A stretch of 64,000 nucleotides of DNA from an uncultured Acidobacteriota bacterium (GTDB taxonomy: Bacteria > Acidobacteriota > UBA6911), in NCBI GenBank assembly GCA_963809485.1, contig CAWEJX010000012.1:192001-256000 (forward strand), written 5' to 3'. A program made the translations under genes and the position numbers. The number at the start of each line of letters is the position of its first letter. The first letter of the stretch is position 1. Shown in pieces: positions 29,675 to 39,512 of the stretch. The notes beneath the pieces are model-generated. The model was not told the DNA's origin. It worked only from the letters and a program-made list of their open reading frames with translations, and did no database searches.

Positions 29675-31351
29675 ATGCCCGACAAGAAGAGTTTATCGCG
29701 CCGCAAATTCATCCAATCCGCTGCAGCCGATGCGGCGGCAGTGGCTGGTGCGGGTGCCCTGGCCGCTCTGGGGACCTCGGCTGCAACAGCAAAAACGGAT
29801 TGCTCCTCCAATATTCCAGCCAAGTGGGACCATGCGGCGGACCTGGTGATCGTGGGGACCGGGATGGCCGGACTCTCGACAGCTGTCACAGCCGCAGATG
29901 CCGGTGCCAAGGTGCTGATCCTGGAAAAGCTGTCCCAGCAGTACGAAGGCGGAAACAGCAAGGTGTGCATGCAGTTCATTTGGGCGCCCAAGGACATAGC
30001 GAAAGGAATTGCCTATATCAGAGCCATGGACTGCGGAATGACGGGAGACGAGGAAATTTATAGGGTCATGTCCGAAGGATTGGCAGAAAACCTTAAGGTC
30101 CTTAAAGACCTGGGCGCAACTCTGGCACCCTTGCCGCTCGCCATGGCGAATGTCGCATTTCCGGAACTGCCGGGCAGCGACTGCTATCAGGCTTATGCCT
30201 GGTCGGTGAATGGAGCCGGCCAGGGGAAAACGGGCGATGGGCTACTGTGGCAATTCATGCGCGACCAGGTGCAAAAGCGCAGCATCCAGGTTTTGTACGA
30301 GACTCCCGCAAAAGAACTGATTCAGGACGCCGGAAACAACGAGATCCTCGGTGTGATAGCTGAAAGAAAAGGCGTTAAAGTCGCCATCAAGGCAAAAAAA
30401 GCGGTTGTGCTTGCCTGCGGCGGTCTTGAATTCGACTATGCCATGCAGAAGCAGTACTTTTGGGGTTCGCCGGTCATGGGCGTCGGAACGCCGGGGAATA
30501 CCGGAGATGGAATCCGAATGGCCCAGAAGGCGGGCGCGGATCTTTGGCACATGAACGAGATCAACGGCGGTCACCCGGGCTGCTTCGCAGTCCCGGGGAC
30601 AGACCCGAATGTTGTAGGACTGGCGCCCGCCGGCCCCAGAGGCAATAGTTCCATCCTGGTCAACAAACTAGGCAGGCGTTATATGAACGACAGAGGCGGC
30701 ACCCGTTCCCACAGCCTGGGAACCCGAAATCTGGACTTCAACGCCGCGGCCATGGATTGGTCCAGCATCCCCTGCTGGGCAATCTTCGATGAGGCGTCAC
30801 GAAAAGCGGGTTGCATGCTTTCGTCGCGCGCCATCGGCGGGGGAGGAAAATGGACCTGGTTCGTGTGGCACTCCGGAATAACCTGGAGCGCCGACAACAG
30901 CGAGGAGGTTGCCAAGGGCTGGATACTAAAAGCCGCCTCCCTTGCTGAACTGGCGGAAAAAATCAGAACGGACCCGGACAATCGCAAATTGATGGATGTC
31001 AAAAACCTGGAATCGACTGTAGCCCAATACAACCAATACTGCGCAGACAAAAAGGACCCAGAATTCGGCAGGTTTCCGGGCTCGCTGGCGCCGCTCAGCG
31101 GACCTCCCTTCTATGCAATGAAGCAGTGGCCCAACACCGCAAACACGATGGGCGGCCCCAGACGTAATAAACTGTGTCAGATTGTGGATCCGGACAAGAA
31201 GCCGATTGCAAGGTTGTATGGAACCGGCGAACTCGGCTCCTTCTGGGGATGGGGATACAACTCGGGCGGTAACATTGGCGAATGCCTGTTCTCCGGCCGC
31301 ATTGCCGCAAAACATGCGGTAGCGCTCAAACCGTGGGATGCCGGCGCATGA
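29675..31351 (+). CDS. Tat-exported FAD-dependent oxidoreductase (FAD_binding_2)
   Basis: LSRRKFIQ, DLVIVGTGMAG, GGNSKV, NTMGGP and LYGTGELG; paralog of 14151 and 54004. Confidence 0.88.
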   Translation: MPDKKSLSRRKFIQSAAADAAAVAGAGALAALGTSAATAKTDCSSNIPAKWDHAADLVIVGTGMAGLSTAVTAADAGAKVLILEKLSQQYEGGNSKVCMQFIWAPKDIAKGIAYIRAMDCGMTGDEEIYRVMSEGLAENLKVLKDLGATLAPLPLAMANVAFPELPGSDCYQAYAWSVNGAGQGKTGDGLLWQFMRDQVQKRSIQVLYETPAKELIQDAGNNEILGVIAERKGVKVAIKAKKAVVLACGGLEFDYAMQKQYFWGSPVMGVGTPGNTGDGIRMAQKAGADLWHMNEINGGHPGCFAVPGTDPNVVGLAPAGPRGNSSILVNKLGRRYMNDRGGTRSHSLGTRNLDFNAAAMDWSSIPCWAIFDEASRKAGCMLSSRAIGGGGKWTWFVWHSGITWSADNSEEVAKGWILKAASLAELAEKIRTDPDNRKLMDVKNLESTVAQYNQYCADKKDPEFGRFPGSLAPLSGPPFYAMKQWPNTANTMGGPRRNKLCQIVDPDKKPIARLYGTGELGSFWGWGYNSGGNIGECLFSGRIAAKHAVALKPWDAGA

Positions 31352-31629
31352 ACGTGGCCCCGGATCCACCTGAGATCTACAATGGCTGCAACACATGTGT
31401 CAATATTTGTCAGATAGACGTATACATACCAAATCCCGAAAAGGGCAAGCCCCCTATTACTCTGCATCCCGATGAATGCTGGTACTGCGGTTGTTGTGTG
31501 AATGAGTGTCCTCGTCGAACTCTGGGCGCCATTAAATTTAACTGGCCGCTTCAGCAGAGAGGATTCTATAAGCGCAAGGCGACCGGCAGAGATTTTCCGC
31601 GTCTGATCGAATGGCGAGCATACGAATGA
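31348..31629 (+). CDS. 4Fe-4S dicluster ferredoxin, AprB-like
   Basis: ATGA overlap with the upstream gene; YNGCNTCVNIC and ECWYCGCCVNECP motifs. Confidence 0.8.
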   Translation: MNVAPDPPEIYNGCNTCVNICQIDVYIPNPEKGKPPITLHPDECWYCGCCVNECPRRTLGAIKFNWPLQQRGFYKRKATGRDFPRLIEWRAYE

Positions 31630-31761
31630 GGCCGAGGGCGACTGCCGACTCTATAAATGAGCGCCGGGACGGGATTGCAGGACGCAGCAGACGCCGGAGC
31701 TATAAACCAAACACCTGGCGATCAAAATAACGGAATGGGATTCCGGAGGGAGGCTGAATCG

Positions 31762-33612
31762 ATGACTTCTTCATGGCATGAGTTGATGGAAAATGACGGC
31801 CGCGTACCGGAGTGGCCTTATCCAATACGGTATGAACAAGAGCAGGAAATTGAGACGGATGTTCTCGTGATCGGCGGCGGTATTGCCGGATGCTGGGCAG
31901 CTTTAAGCGCGGCCAGGACGAAGGGCGTTCGGGTTGCTCTTGTCGAAAAAGCAGCCACACTAAGAAGCGGGGCCGGAGGACCGGGAGGCGATCACTGGGA
32001 TTATCCAATGACCTGTCCTTGGCGAAGGTGGATCCATTCGTACAGTGCCAGCGCATTATTGACAGTCAGGGCGGATACAGCAACGGGATTGGACACGCAA
32101 TAGAATGCCAGGAAGGCTATGACGCGTTTCTGGAAATGGAAAAGATGGGCGGCAAGATGAGAGATACCGAAGATGAGTTCGTTGGCGCCCCGGGACGGGA
32201 TGACAAGACCAAGCTGGTAGTCGCATCCAGGTATCAGCCGGACAAATAATTCTCTTCGCTTTTGGGGAACGACGGTTAAGCCTGCACTGAAGAAAGAGTG
32301 CGAGCGTTTAGGGGTCAAAATATTTGACAGGATCATGGGCACCAGCCTGCTGAACGAAAATGGCATCCACGGCGCCAGGGTTGCAGGCGCAACAGGAGTT
32401 AATACCAGAACCGGCGAATTCATGATTTTCAAAGCCAAAGCAATCATCCTGGCCACGGCGGGAATCGGATCCGTTTGGGTTTTTAACACGGAATTGGCGG
32501 GCATTTCCACCTTCAGGTCCCGCAATGCGTCCGGAGACGGAACGGTTATGGCATATAGGGCCGGCGCCGAGATAACCATGATGGAGAAGTCTGGACTTCT
32601 GTACCTGGGAACCGGTTATAAACATAAGATCGATTCAGCCGGCAACGATCCGGTCTTCGAAAATGTTCCATCCGTTGATGACAATGGCAAAGCTTTAACA
32701 ACTTCAGTGACAGTTCGCGAGGCTGTGCTCAAAGGAGAGCTTGCTTTGCCTTTCTGGGGAGACTTCCCCGCCATGTCGGAAGGCTGGAGGAAGATCAATT
32801 GGGATTTGGGGTACAGGGAAGAGTCAACGGCGATAGCCATGCGAAGATGTTTCGAGAGCGCCGGGTATGACCCCACGAAGGATCTGATGATGAATCATAC
32901 CCTGATAGAGGGAACCTCACCCGCCCATTTCCGCTCTCCCGACAGCATGAACGACCGCGGCGGCGTTGTTGTCGACTGGGATTTGAGAACTACTTTGGAA
33001 GGGCTGTATGCCGCCGGAGAACAAATGTTTGCCCCTGCAGCCCATGGTTATGCGGCCGCTACCGGCAGATATGCCGGCAGAAAAGCGGCGGCCTATGCCT
33101 CCCAAGCAAGCCAACCGGCAATATCAAGGGACCAGATCATGCGTGAGAAGGCCCGCGTTTACGCTCCAATTAAAAGGAAGGAAGGCATAGAGTGGAAGGA
33201 ACTGCATGCCGGAATTTCGCGGATGATGCAGTACTTCTGCAGCGAATATAAAACTGAAAAGCTCCTAAATATGGGGCTGGACGCGCTTAACGAAATTGAA
33301 AAAGACTTTGTTCCCAAGCTCTATGCCCTTGATCCGCACAAGCTGATGCGCAGCCTTGAGGATCTGAGCATTCTCACATTCTCTCAACTGATCATCCACG
33401 GATCCCTGGCGCGCAAGGCCAGCAGCCGGCCTTTGAATTTCCAAAGGATAGACTATCCGCAAATGGACCCGCCCGAATGGAAGAAGTTCATTACTCTTAA
33501 GCTGGTGGACGGCAAAGTGAAGGTTGGAGATCTGCCGCATGCTTATTGGGGCAATCTCAAGGAAAACTACGAAGCGCACAATAGAGACTACAAAGCCATG
33601 TACGCTGCATAG
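31762..33612 (+). CDS. AprA-like / SdhA-FrdA-family flavoprotein (frameshifts near 32020 and 32250)
   Basis: ETDVLVIGGGIAG..RSGAGG, KAIILATAG, SGDG..MAYRAGA, TLEGLYAAGE and RKAS..FQRIDYP, spread over three frames. Confidence 0.8.
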
Positions 33613-33649
33613 CGAATCGTTGACTGAGAACCGCTTTAGTTAGCATTGA

Positions 33650-33884
33650 GTCAGGCACCTCCGGCAAAGCCGGAGGCTTGAAAGATTGGAACCGCTCAAA
33701 GCGGTTGGGCTAGTTACGCCGGTCTTGAATGCCGACTTACGCGGGCAAAAGCCGATGAGGCGCTTCCGACCCGCGCCGAACAAATCGGCGTTTGTCAGCG
33801 CTTTTCTCAGCGTTTCTCAGCGTTTCAAAATACGGAGCTGTCAAACTCTTTGAGTCCCCCGGCAGAGCCGGGGGTTTACCAATG
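33650..33884. mobile_element. Non-autonomous IS200/IS605-like element, copy D
   Basis: Same hairpin ends and internal sequence as copies A-C. Confidence 0.75.
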
Positions 33885-33889
33885 TCATT

Positions 33890-34084
33890 AGGAGAGATGA
33901 AGGCTGAAAAATATTTTTCAGCCTTGCCGATCCTGCGTTCGAGTTCGTCGGCTCGCGCTTGCAGCTTTGTCAGCTGCCCGCCAGGATCAGGGGCGGCCGG
34001 GTTCGCGAATCCGGGGTTGGCGTGTTCAAAGCTAAGGCAGCAGAGCGCAGCTGCCGGCACATAGCCGAACAATCGATTTCTCAT
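33890..34084 (-). pseudogene. Truncated secreted-protein gene running into element D
   Basis: aggagg RBS, signal peptide MRNRLFGYVPAAALCCLSFEHA, coiled-coil QLTKLQARADELERRI like the SnoaL leader; the frame then enters the mobile element. Confidence 0.5.
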
Positions 34085-34179
34085 AAATGCACAACCTCCT
34101 GATTTGCCAAAGCATGATCCAAACCATCTGACGGATGACAGGAACGTCTCTGTTCCAGATTTTCATGGCCCCGTTTCTT

Positions 34180-36159
34180 TTACCTCTGGGTCACCGGATT
34201 TTTATAGTGGAAAGGAGCTGCAAAGGTTGCAGGGTACGGCTCATACATAACCGTCGGCGGGCGGTCCGGCGGCAAGCCCTTCTCCGGACGAGCGCCCGGC
34301 GATGTGCTTTTGCCCCAACCGTCCGCGTAAGGTGTGCAGAACCTGGAATAGGCGTGCAGAGTTTTGATTCTCCAGATCGTGCCCTCTTTGACGTATTCGT
34401 TTTCATAGGTGCCGGCACCCCAGGCCGCGGATTTCCTGTATTCGCCGAGTTCACTGAGGAACCGCCAGCGACCCTTGGCCGTCTTGCCGTCCGGAGCTAC
34501 GTCAATTATGGGTTGCAGTTGAAGGTGGTTGAATAGCTTTCCTCGCGTCAAACCGTCCGGCGAAATCCGGACAAGATATTCGAGTACCCTCGACTTGCCT
34601 GCGAATACACCCTGTCCGCCGATTTCGAGCGTGCCGTCATCCGCGAAGAGATCGGCGGCTTCTTTCCAGAGCTGCTTGTCGACATAGAACCCGTAGATCC
34701 GCTGCAGGTTTTCGATGGCGCTCTCGTCTTCGAGCCGTTGTATCCGATTCCCGACGCTCAGGAATGCAGCCCGCGCTTCTTCCGGGATCCGCAATGCTGC
34801 TCCTTCGGGCTTCGCTGCCGCACTCTGACCCGCTGCCGGATTCTTATAGTGGAACGGTGGAATATAGATTCCCGGGAAGCTCTCATAAGTTTCGCTGGGA
34901 GGCTTGTCGGGAGGGATTTTGTCGCTGACCTTGGGGGCCTGCCGTGCGCCCATGGCCCAACCCGTATCGTAGGGGGCAAAGAAAGTCGTGTAGAGGTGGT
35001 CCTTCTTGAATTTCCAGATTCCCTTTTCCTTGACGAGCTCGTTCTCGTACACGCTGTCGCCCCAAATTCCGATGCTCTCAAAAGTGCCCAACTGGCTCAG
35101 CGCGCGGCTGCGAACCCTTGCATGCTGTCCGTCCGGCTCCACATGGATGACCGGTTGCATCTGGATGTGATTGTGCAAGTGATTGCGCTCGATGTTTTGC
35201 GGACCAAACAAGTCCCACGCTCGCCTCACGCCTTTCCTGCCGACATAAATGCCGCGCTGGGAGATTTCCATCGTTGAGTCGTCAACGAACAGATCGGTCA
35301 GTAGATTCCATTGCTGTTTATCGAGGTAGTAACCGTACATCGAAATGAGGTTTTCAATTTCCTCTACGTCTTGAAGAAGTCGGATGCGGTGTGCCAGTGC
35401 AGCGATCGTCGGGTCGGTATCCATCGACTTGCCTGAAGAGGCAGGCGTTGGATTTTCGTAGTGAAAAGGCGGCGTGTACACGCCCGGCCACACTTCGTAA
35501 CGTTCGCTTGGAGGCCTGTCCGGAGGGATGCGCTTCGAGACGTAGATGCCGCCCGTGCTATCCCGGTTCTTAGCCCATCCGCCTCTGTATGGCACCATGA
35601 AAGTCTGATACCAATGCAGCTTGCGGATCCTCCAGATGCCGTTCAGCTTGACATACTCGTTCTCGTAAACGCCTTCGCCCCAAAAGGCGTTTTGGCCCAA
35701 CTGTCCCGCCATGATGAGCGCGCGCCAGCGCGCCTTTGCCGTACGGCCGTCTCCCGCAACACTCACTACCGGCTGGAGCATGAGATGTTCGTTGAGCTGG
35801 CCGCGCCTCAAACCTTCGCGTCCGCCGCCCGAGGCTAACAGATACTGGCGGACTCGCTGCTGTCCCACGTAGACGCCGTCAAGCCCGATTTCGATCGTGC
35901 CTTGTGGGTCAAAGAGATCCGCCGCCTGGTTCCACATCGCCTGGTCGACGTAATAGCCGTAGGCACGCTGCAAGCGCTTCAGGGCGCGCACATCTTTAAT
36001 GCGGTCAGCCTCGTTCTCGAGCTGCCCGAGTTGCCTTTGAAGAACGACGCGCCTTTCGCGGTCTTCTGCTTTATTGCGTAATGGCCTGTTGCATGAAACC
36101 GCCAGTACCCACACAGCAGCAATTGCTGCAACACCGATGCAAGGAAGAAGAGGTTTCAT
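34180..36159 (-). CDS. Lipoprotein with three tandem SnoaL-like/NTF2 domains
   Basis: LAVSC lipobox; three repeats of I..L..YG(Y/F)Y.D..W...DLF...HLQ.QP...YENE.VK..G.W...PPD.PP...PFHY.NP. Confidence 0.88.
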   Translation of the reverse strand: MKPLLPCIGVAAIAAVWVLAVSCNRPLRNKAEDRERRVVLQRQLGQLENEADRIKDVRALKRLQRAYGYYVDQAMWNQAADLFDPQGTIEIGLDGVYVGQQRVRQYLLASGGGREGLRRGQLNEHLMLQPVVSVAGDGRTAKARWRALIMAGQLGQNAFWGEGVYENEYVKLNGIWRIRKLHWYQTFMVPYRGGWAKNRDSTGGIYVSKRIPPDRPPSERYEVWPGVYTPPFHYENPTPASSGKSMDTDPTIAALAHRIRLLQDVEEIENLISMYGYYLDKQQWNLLTDLFVDDSTMEISQRGIYVGRKGVRRAWDLFGPQNIERNHLHNHIQMQPVIHVEPDGQHARVRSRALSQLGTFESIGIWGDSVYENELVKEKGIWKFKKDHLYTTFFAPYDTGWAMGARQAPKVSDKIPPDKPPSETYESFPGIYIPPFHYKNPAAGQSAAAKPEGAALRIPEEARAAFLSVGNRIQRLEDESAIENLQRIYGFYVDKQLWKEAADLFADDGTLEIGGQGVFAGKSRVLEYLVRISPDGLTRGKLFNHLQLQPIIDVAPDGKTAKGRWRFLSELGEYRKSAAWGAGTYENEYVKEGTIWRIKTLHAYSRFCTPYADGWGKSTSPGARPEKGLPPDRPPTVMYEPYPATFAAPFHYKNPVTQR

Positions 36160-36206
36160 GGATAGCCCTCACCAGGCATGCGACTCCCTTTGGAGTCTTT
36201 CGATTA

Positions 36207-37970
36207 TCATTGCGTGATTCGCGCGGCTCCGGGAACCGCGTTGCACAACGGCGCTTTTACAGGTTCGATCTCCGGAGCATCCGGAATAACCGGCAACAGC
36301 AAATGGGACGGATGTTTCCGGTCATGGTAAATGGAGATCTCAGCCTTCGCCGGCGATAAAGGTGTTTCCACGTACCGGGACGTGGCGTCCCAAGTTGAAT
36401 AAAGCGCATCATCGCTGGCAATTTTTAGCCAGATTCTGCAGCCTTTTTTGAATGTTTTGAATACCGGTTGGAGCTCTATCTGAAATTCGTATATCGTATT
36501 CGGCTTTATATTTTCGGGATTCCGAAACGAATGCCACGGCATTCCGGGTCGCGAGATGGCCTGGTCGACCTCTCTGAATTTCGCTTTCAGACACCCCCAG
36601 CTCCATATCTGTACTTCCTGCGGCGTGCAATTGTCGTTCGCCTCGGGCTTAATTTCAGGATTACGCGTCACAGGATTCAGTGGCACGCCGTGAGGAACCA
36701 TTTCACCCATCTTCACAAAGAATGACCAATCTGAGGTGACTTCTTCCGTTGTCGAAGCGAATAAACTGAAGCTGACCGGGCCCCAAATACGGAGGTCCTC
36801 TTCGAGCGGCATGGACACGTAAGCAACATTTGCAGGATGGGTGGCAGGGGTGGCGGCGGATAGACCGTAAGAGGCCATGAGGGCCGTATTCAAGCTGATG
36901 TTATGGTAAACGTCCGGCTCTTCTTCCTCAGGCAGCCGTTGGCTGAGGAGACCGTACGGTTCCTTCGCTGTGGTTTTCCTGCGCAAGTAGTGCTTTACCC
37001 ATCGGGTGCGTTTCACCGGATATTCATTTTCGTGGCGCCACCGACCGGTGCCATTGTCATATATCGCAACTTCAGGTTCATCCATTATCCCCGTGTCGAT
37101 ACCTTTCAACCAGTGGTCGAGCCATCGAAGAATGTGCTGATTAAAGGAAGTGGTTTCAAATATCCACGGCTGGTAGTTCTCGTTCGTCCATGGTGTAATG
37201 ATAAGTTTTTTGGGTGACCTTATATTCGCATAGGATCTCAGGTGATACATCGCATGCAGCCGATTAGGCGTGTGCACAAGATTCAGTATAGGAGCCTGGA
37301 TCTTGTCGACATGCTTCCATCCGCCGCCATGCTTCCACCAGAACGGACCGTCTTCGGTGTTGGCAAGGATCTCCGCGATAACGTTCATAGGCGGTTCTTT
37401 GCCGCGGACCGGGCCAGGCCAAATAGCCGCCATTGTCAGTCCTGAAACCAGTCCGAGGACAAAAGGCTTGCGCAACACACCGCCGGGATAACAGAGCCCC
37501 CTGTAGTTATCCGTCGTCCCCAGCACTACCAGGGCCTTTAAATGGGGGGGATTCAGCGGAGCCGTAATCCACTGCATGACTCCGTATCCCGATGCGCCCA
37601 TCATGGCCACGCTGCCGTTGCACCAAGACTGCCCGGCAATCCATTCAATGATGTCGTAGCCGTCCTGAGCCGCTTGCGGGCCGTGAAGCGAGAATTTCCC
37701 TTCGTTAAAACCGCTGCCTCTTTCCGCCGCCTGAACGCAAACATATCCCTTCGGGCAATAGAAGGCAGGCTTGGCGCTTTCGAAAAAACGTTCTTTCTGG
37801 AACGGCGAATATGCCAGAATTGCCGGCCACGGCTCCTGCATCCCGGCCGGTCTATAAACGTCAACGGCGAGTCTTATGCCATCCCGCATCGTAACGGGAA
37901 CATTCTTATCAAGAACAACTCCTGGCGGGATGGGATCAGGGTATACGACACCCCCACGGTCCATTCTCAT
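36207..37970 (-). CDS. CocE/NonD-family hydrolase (cytoplasmic)
   Basis: MRDGIRLAVDVYRP, ERGSG, DGYDIIEWIAGQSWCNG, GASGYG, FKKGCRI; start moved to MRMDRGG after aagga. Confidence 0.88.
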   Translation of the reverse strand: MRMDRGGVVYPDPIPPGVVLDKNVPVTMRDGIRLAVDVYRPAGMQEPWPAILAYSPFQKERFFESAKPAFYCPKGYVCVQAAERGSGFNEGKFSLHGPQAAQDGYDIIEWIAGQSWCNGSVAMMGASGYGVMQWITAPLNPPHLKALVVLGTTDNYRGLCYPGGVLRKPFVLGLVSGLTMAAIWPGPVRGKEPPMNVIAEILANTEDGPFWWKHGGGWKHVDKIQAPILNLVHTPNRLHAMYHLRSYANIRSPKKLIITPWTNENYQPWIFETTSFNQHILRWLDHWLKGIDTGIMDEPEVAIYDNGTGRWRHENEYPVKRTRWVKHYLRRKTTAKEPYGLLSQRLPEEEEPDVYHNISLNTALMASYGLSAATPATHPANVAYVSMPLEEDLRIWGPVSFSLFASTTEEVTSDWSFFVKMGEMVPHGVPLNPVTRNPEIKPEANDNCTPQEVQIWSWGCLKAKFREVDQAISRPGMPWHSFRNPENIKPNTIYEFQIELQPVFKTFKKGCRIWLKIASDDALYSTWDATSRYVETPLSPAKAEISIYHDRKHPSHLLLPVIPDAPEIEPVKAPLCNAVPGAARITQ

Positions 37971-38019
37971 AGATGATTCCTTGGTTTCGCAATGCGTTCG
38001 GGAACCGAAATCTTTCCTG

Positions 38020-38076
38020 GAAACCGTCATTTTAACACAATAACTGTCACATATCTGTGACAATATTCTTGACAAC
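38020..38076. promoter_or_regulatory. Conserved promoter block with palindrome TGTCACA-TATC-TGTGACA (38045-38062)
   Basis: Reverse complement ttgtcaagaatattgtcacagatatgtgacagttattgtgttaaa closely matches 55848-55892; ttgaca at 38069-38074. Confidence 0.7.
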
Positions 38077-38108
38077 GCACCGAAAGCTCCGATAGTAAGA
38101 GTTCACCT

Positions 38109-39443
38109 ATGAATCTCATGTTGCTGATTTGTGCGTTGGTAGCTGCTCTGGGCGGGTTTTTGTTCGGATTCGATACGGTCGTTATTTCGGGAGCCGAACA
38201 GTCAATCCAATCGCTTTGGGGGCTTAGTGCAACCGTTCATGGTCTTGTCATCAGCATGACTTTATGGGGCACGGTGCTCGGATCCTTAGCCGGCGGTTGG
38301 CCGACCGAGAGGTGGGGGCGCAAGAAGACACTGATTGGAATCGGCCTTCTTTATTTGACTGGCTCGATTGGGTCCGGGCTTGCAGCGGGCGTGCATTCCC
38401 TGATGTTCGCCAGGTTTATTTGCGGGATCGGAATCGGGATTTCGACCGTAGTGGCTCCACTGTACATTTCCGAAATAGCGCCACCCAATTTGCGGGGAAG
38501 GCTGACTGGAATGTTTCAGTTCAATATCGTCTTCGGCATTCTCGTGGCCTATGCCTCCAACGCGCTGCTGGCGAATTCCGGTGAGAACGCCTGGCGCTGG
38601 ATGCTGGGAGTGGCGGCTTTCCCATCCTTGCTCTACACCTTGTTTTCCATGGCTCTCGTCGAAAGTCCACGCTGGCTGATCACCCATTCCGGGAACCGAG
38701 CAGCCGGTTCCCACGCGCTTCAGCGGATCAATCCAAGGATGAGGGATACGGATTTGCAGATCTTGGTTGACGAGATTCAAGCGGCTGCTCATCGGAACGA
38801 GGCCGATGAGCGTTTCTTCAGGCGCAGACTGAAGCGTCCGATTGGGTTGGCCTTTTTGATTGCGTTTTTTAACCAACTCTCCGGTATCAATGCGGTGCTC
38901 TATTTCGCCCCTCGTATCTTTGAGATGACGGGACTGCAGAGCAGTTCCGCAATGCTGCAGTCGGTCGGCATCGGATGGACCAATCTCGTCTTCACCTTCG
39001 CAGGCCTATGGCTCATCGACCATCTTGGCCGCCGAACTCTGTTGATCATCGGCTCTTTCGGATACATCATTTCCCTGGGCCTTTGTTCCTGGGCCTTCTA
39101 CGCGCAGCATTTCACCATCGTACCTTTTTGCATTTTCGCGTTCATCGCCGCGCATGCTGTGGGACAGGGAGCGGTAATCTGGGTCTTCATCAGCGAGATC
39201 TTCCCTAACCGTCATCGCGCAGCCGGACAGGCTCTTGGCAGTTCCACGCATTGGCTTTTTGCAGCACTGCTGACGCTGTTTTTCCCGACGATGACGGAGC
39301 GCATGGCACCGGGAACCATCTTCGCATTCTTCTGCTTCATGATGTGTTTGCAGTTGTTGTGGGTCCGCTTCATGGTGCATGAAACCAAGGGTGTGCCGCT
39401 CGAAAAAATGATGCAGGAATTGGGGATCGAATCTTCGGAATAG
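38109..39443 (+). CDS. Sugar porter family MFS transporter
   Basis: GGFLFGFDTVVISG, YISEIAP..RG, ESPRWL, NQLSGINAV.YF, SEIFP and ETKG motifs. Confidence 0.95.
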   Translation: MNLMLLICALVAALGGFLFGFDTVVISGAEQSIQSLWGLSATVHGLVISMTLWGTVLGSLAGGWPTERWGRKKTLIGIGLLYLTGSIGSGLAAGVHSLMFARFICGIGIGISTVVAPLYISEIAPPNLRGRLTGMFQFNIVFGILVAYASNALLANSGENAWRWMLGVAAFPSLLYTLFSMALVESPRWLITHSGNRAAGSHALQRINPRMRDTDLQILVDEIQAAAHRNEADERFFRRRLKRPIGLAFLIAFFNQLSGINAVLYFAPRIFEMTGLQSSSAMLQSVGIGWTNLVFTFAGLWLIDHLGRRTLLIIGSFGYIISLGLCSWAFYAQHFTIVPFCIFAFIAAHAVGQGAVIWVFISEIFPNRHRAAGQALGSSTHWLFAALLTLFFPTMTERMAPGTIFAFFCFMMCLQLLWVRFMVHETKGVPLEKMMQELGIESSE

Positions 39444-39512
39444 ATGCCTTGCAGAACGGGCAGGGACTCCTGGACCGCAAAAGTGCCGAACTGCGCCGGA
39501 AAGGGCAAAGAC

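Noticed and set aside
37971-38075. N-terminal extension SQICDSYCVK, also in ORF 55812, as a Cys motif
   Set aside because: It is the translation of the shared promoter palindrome, not coding sequence.
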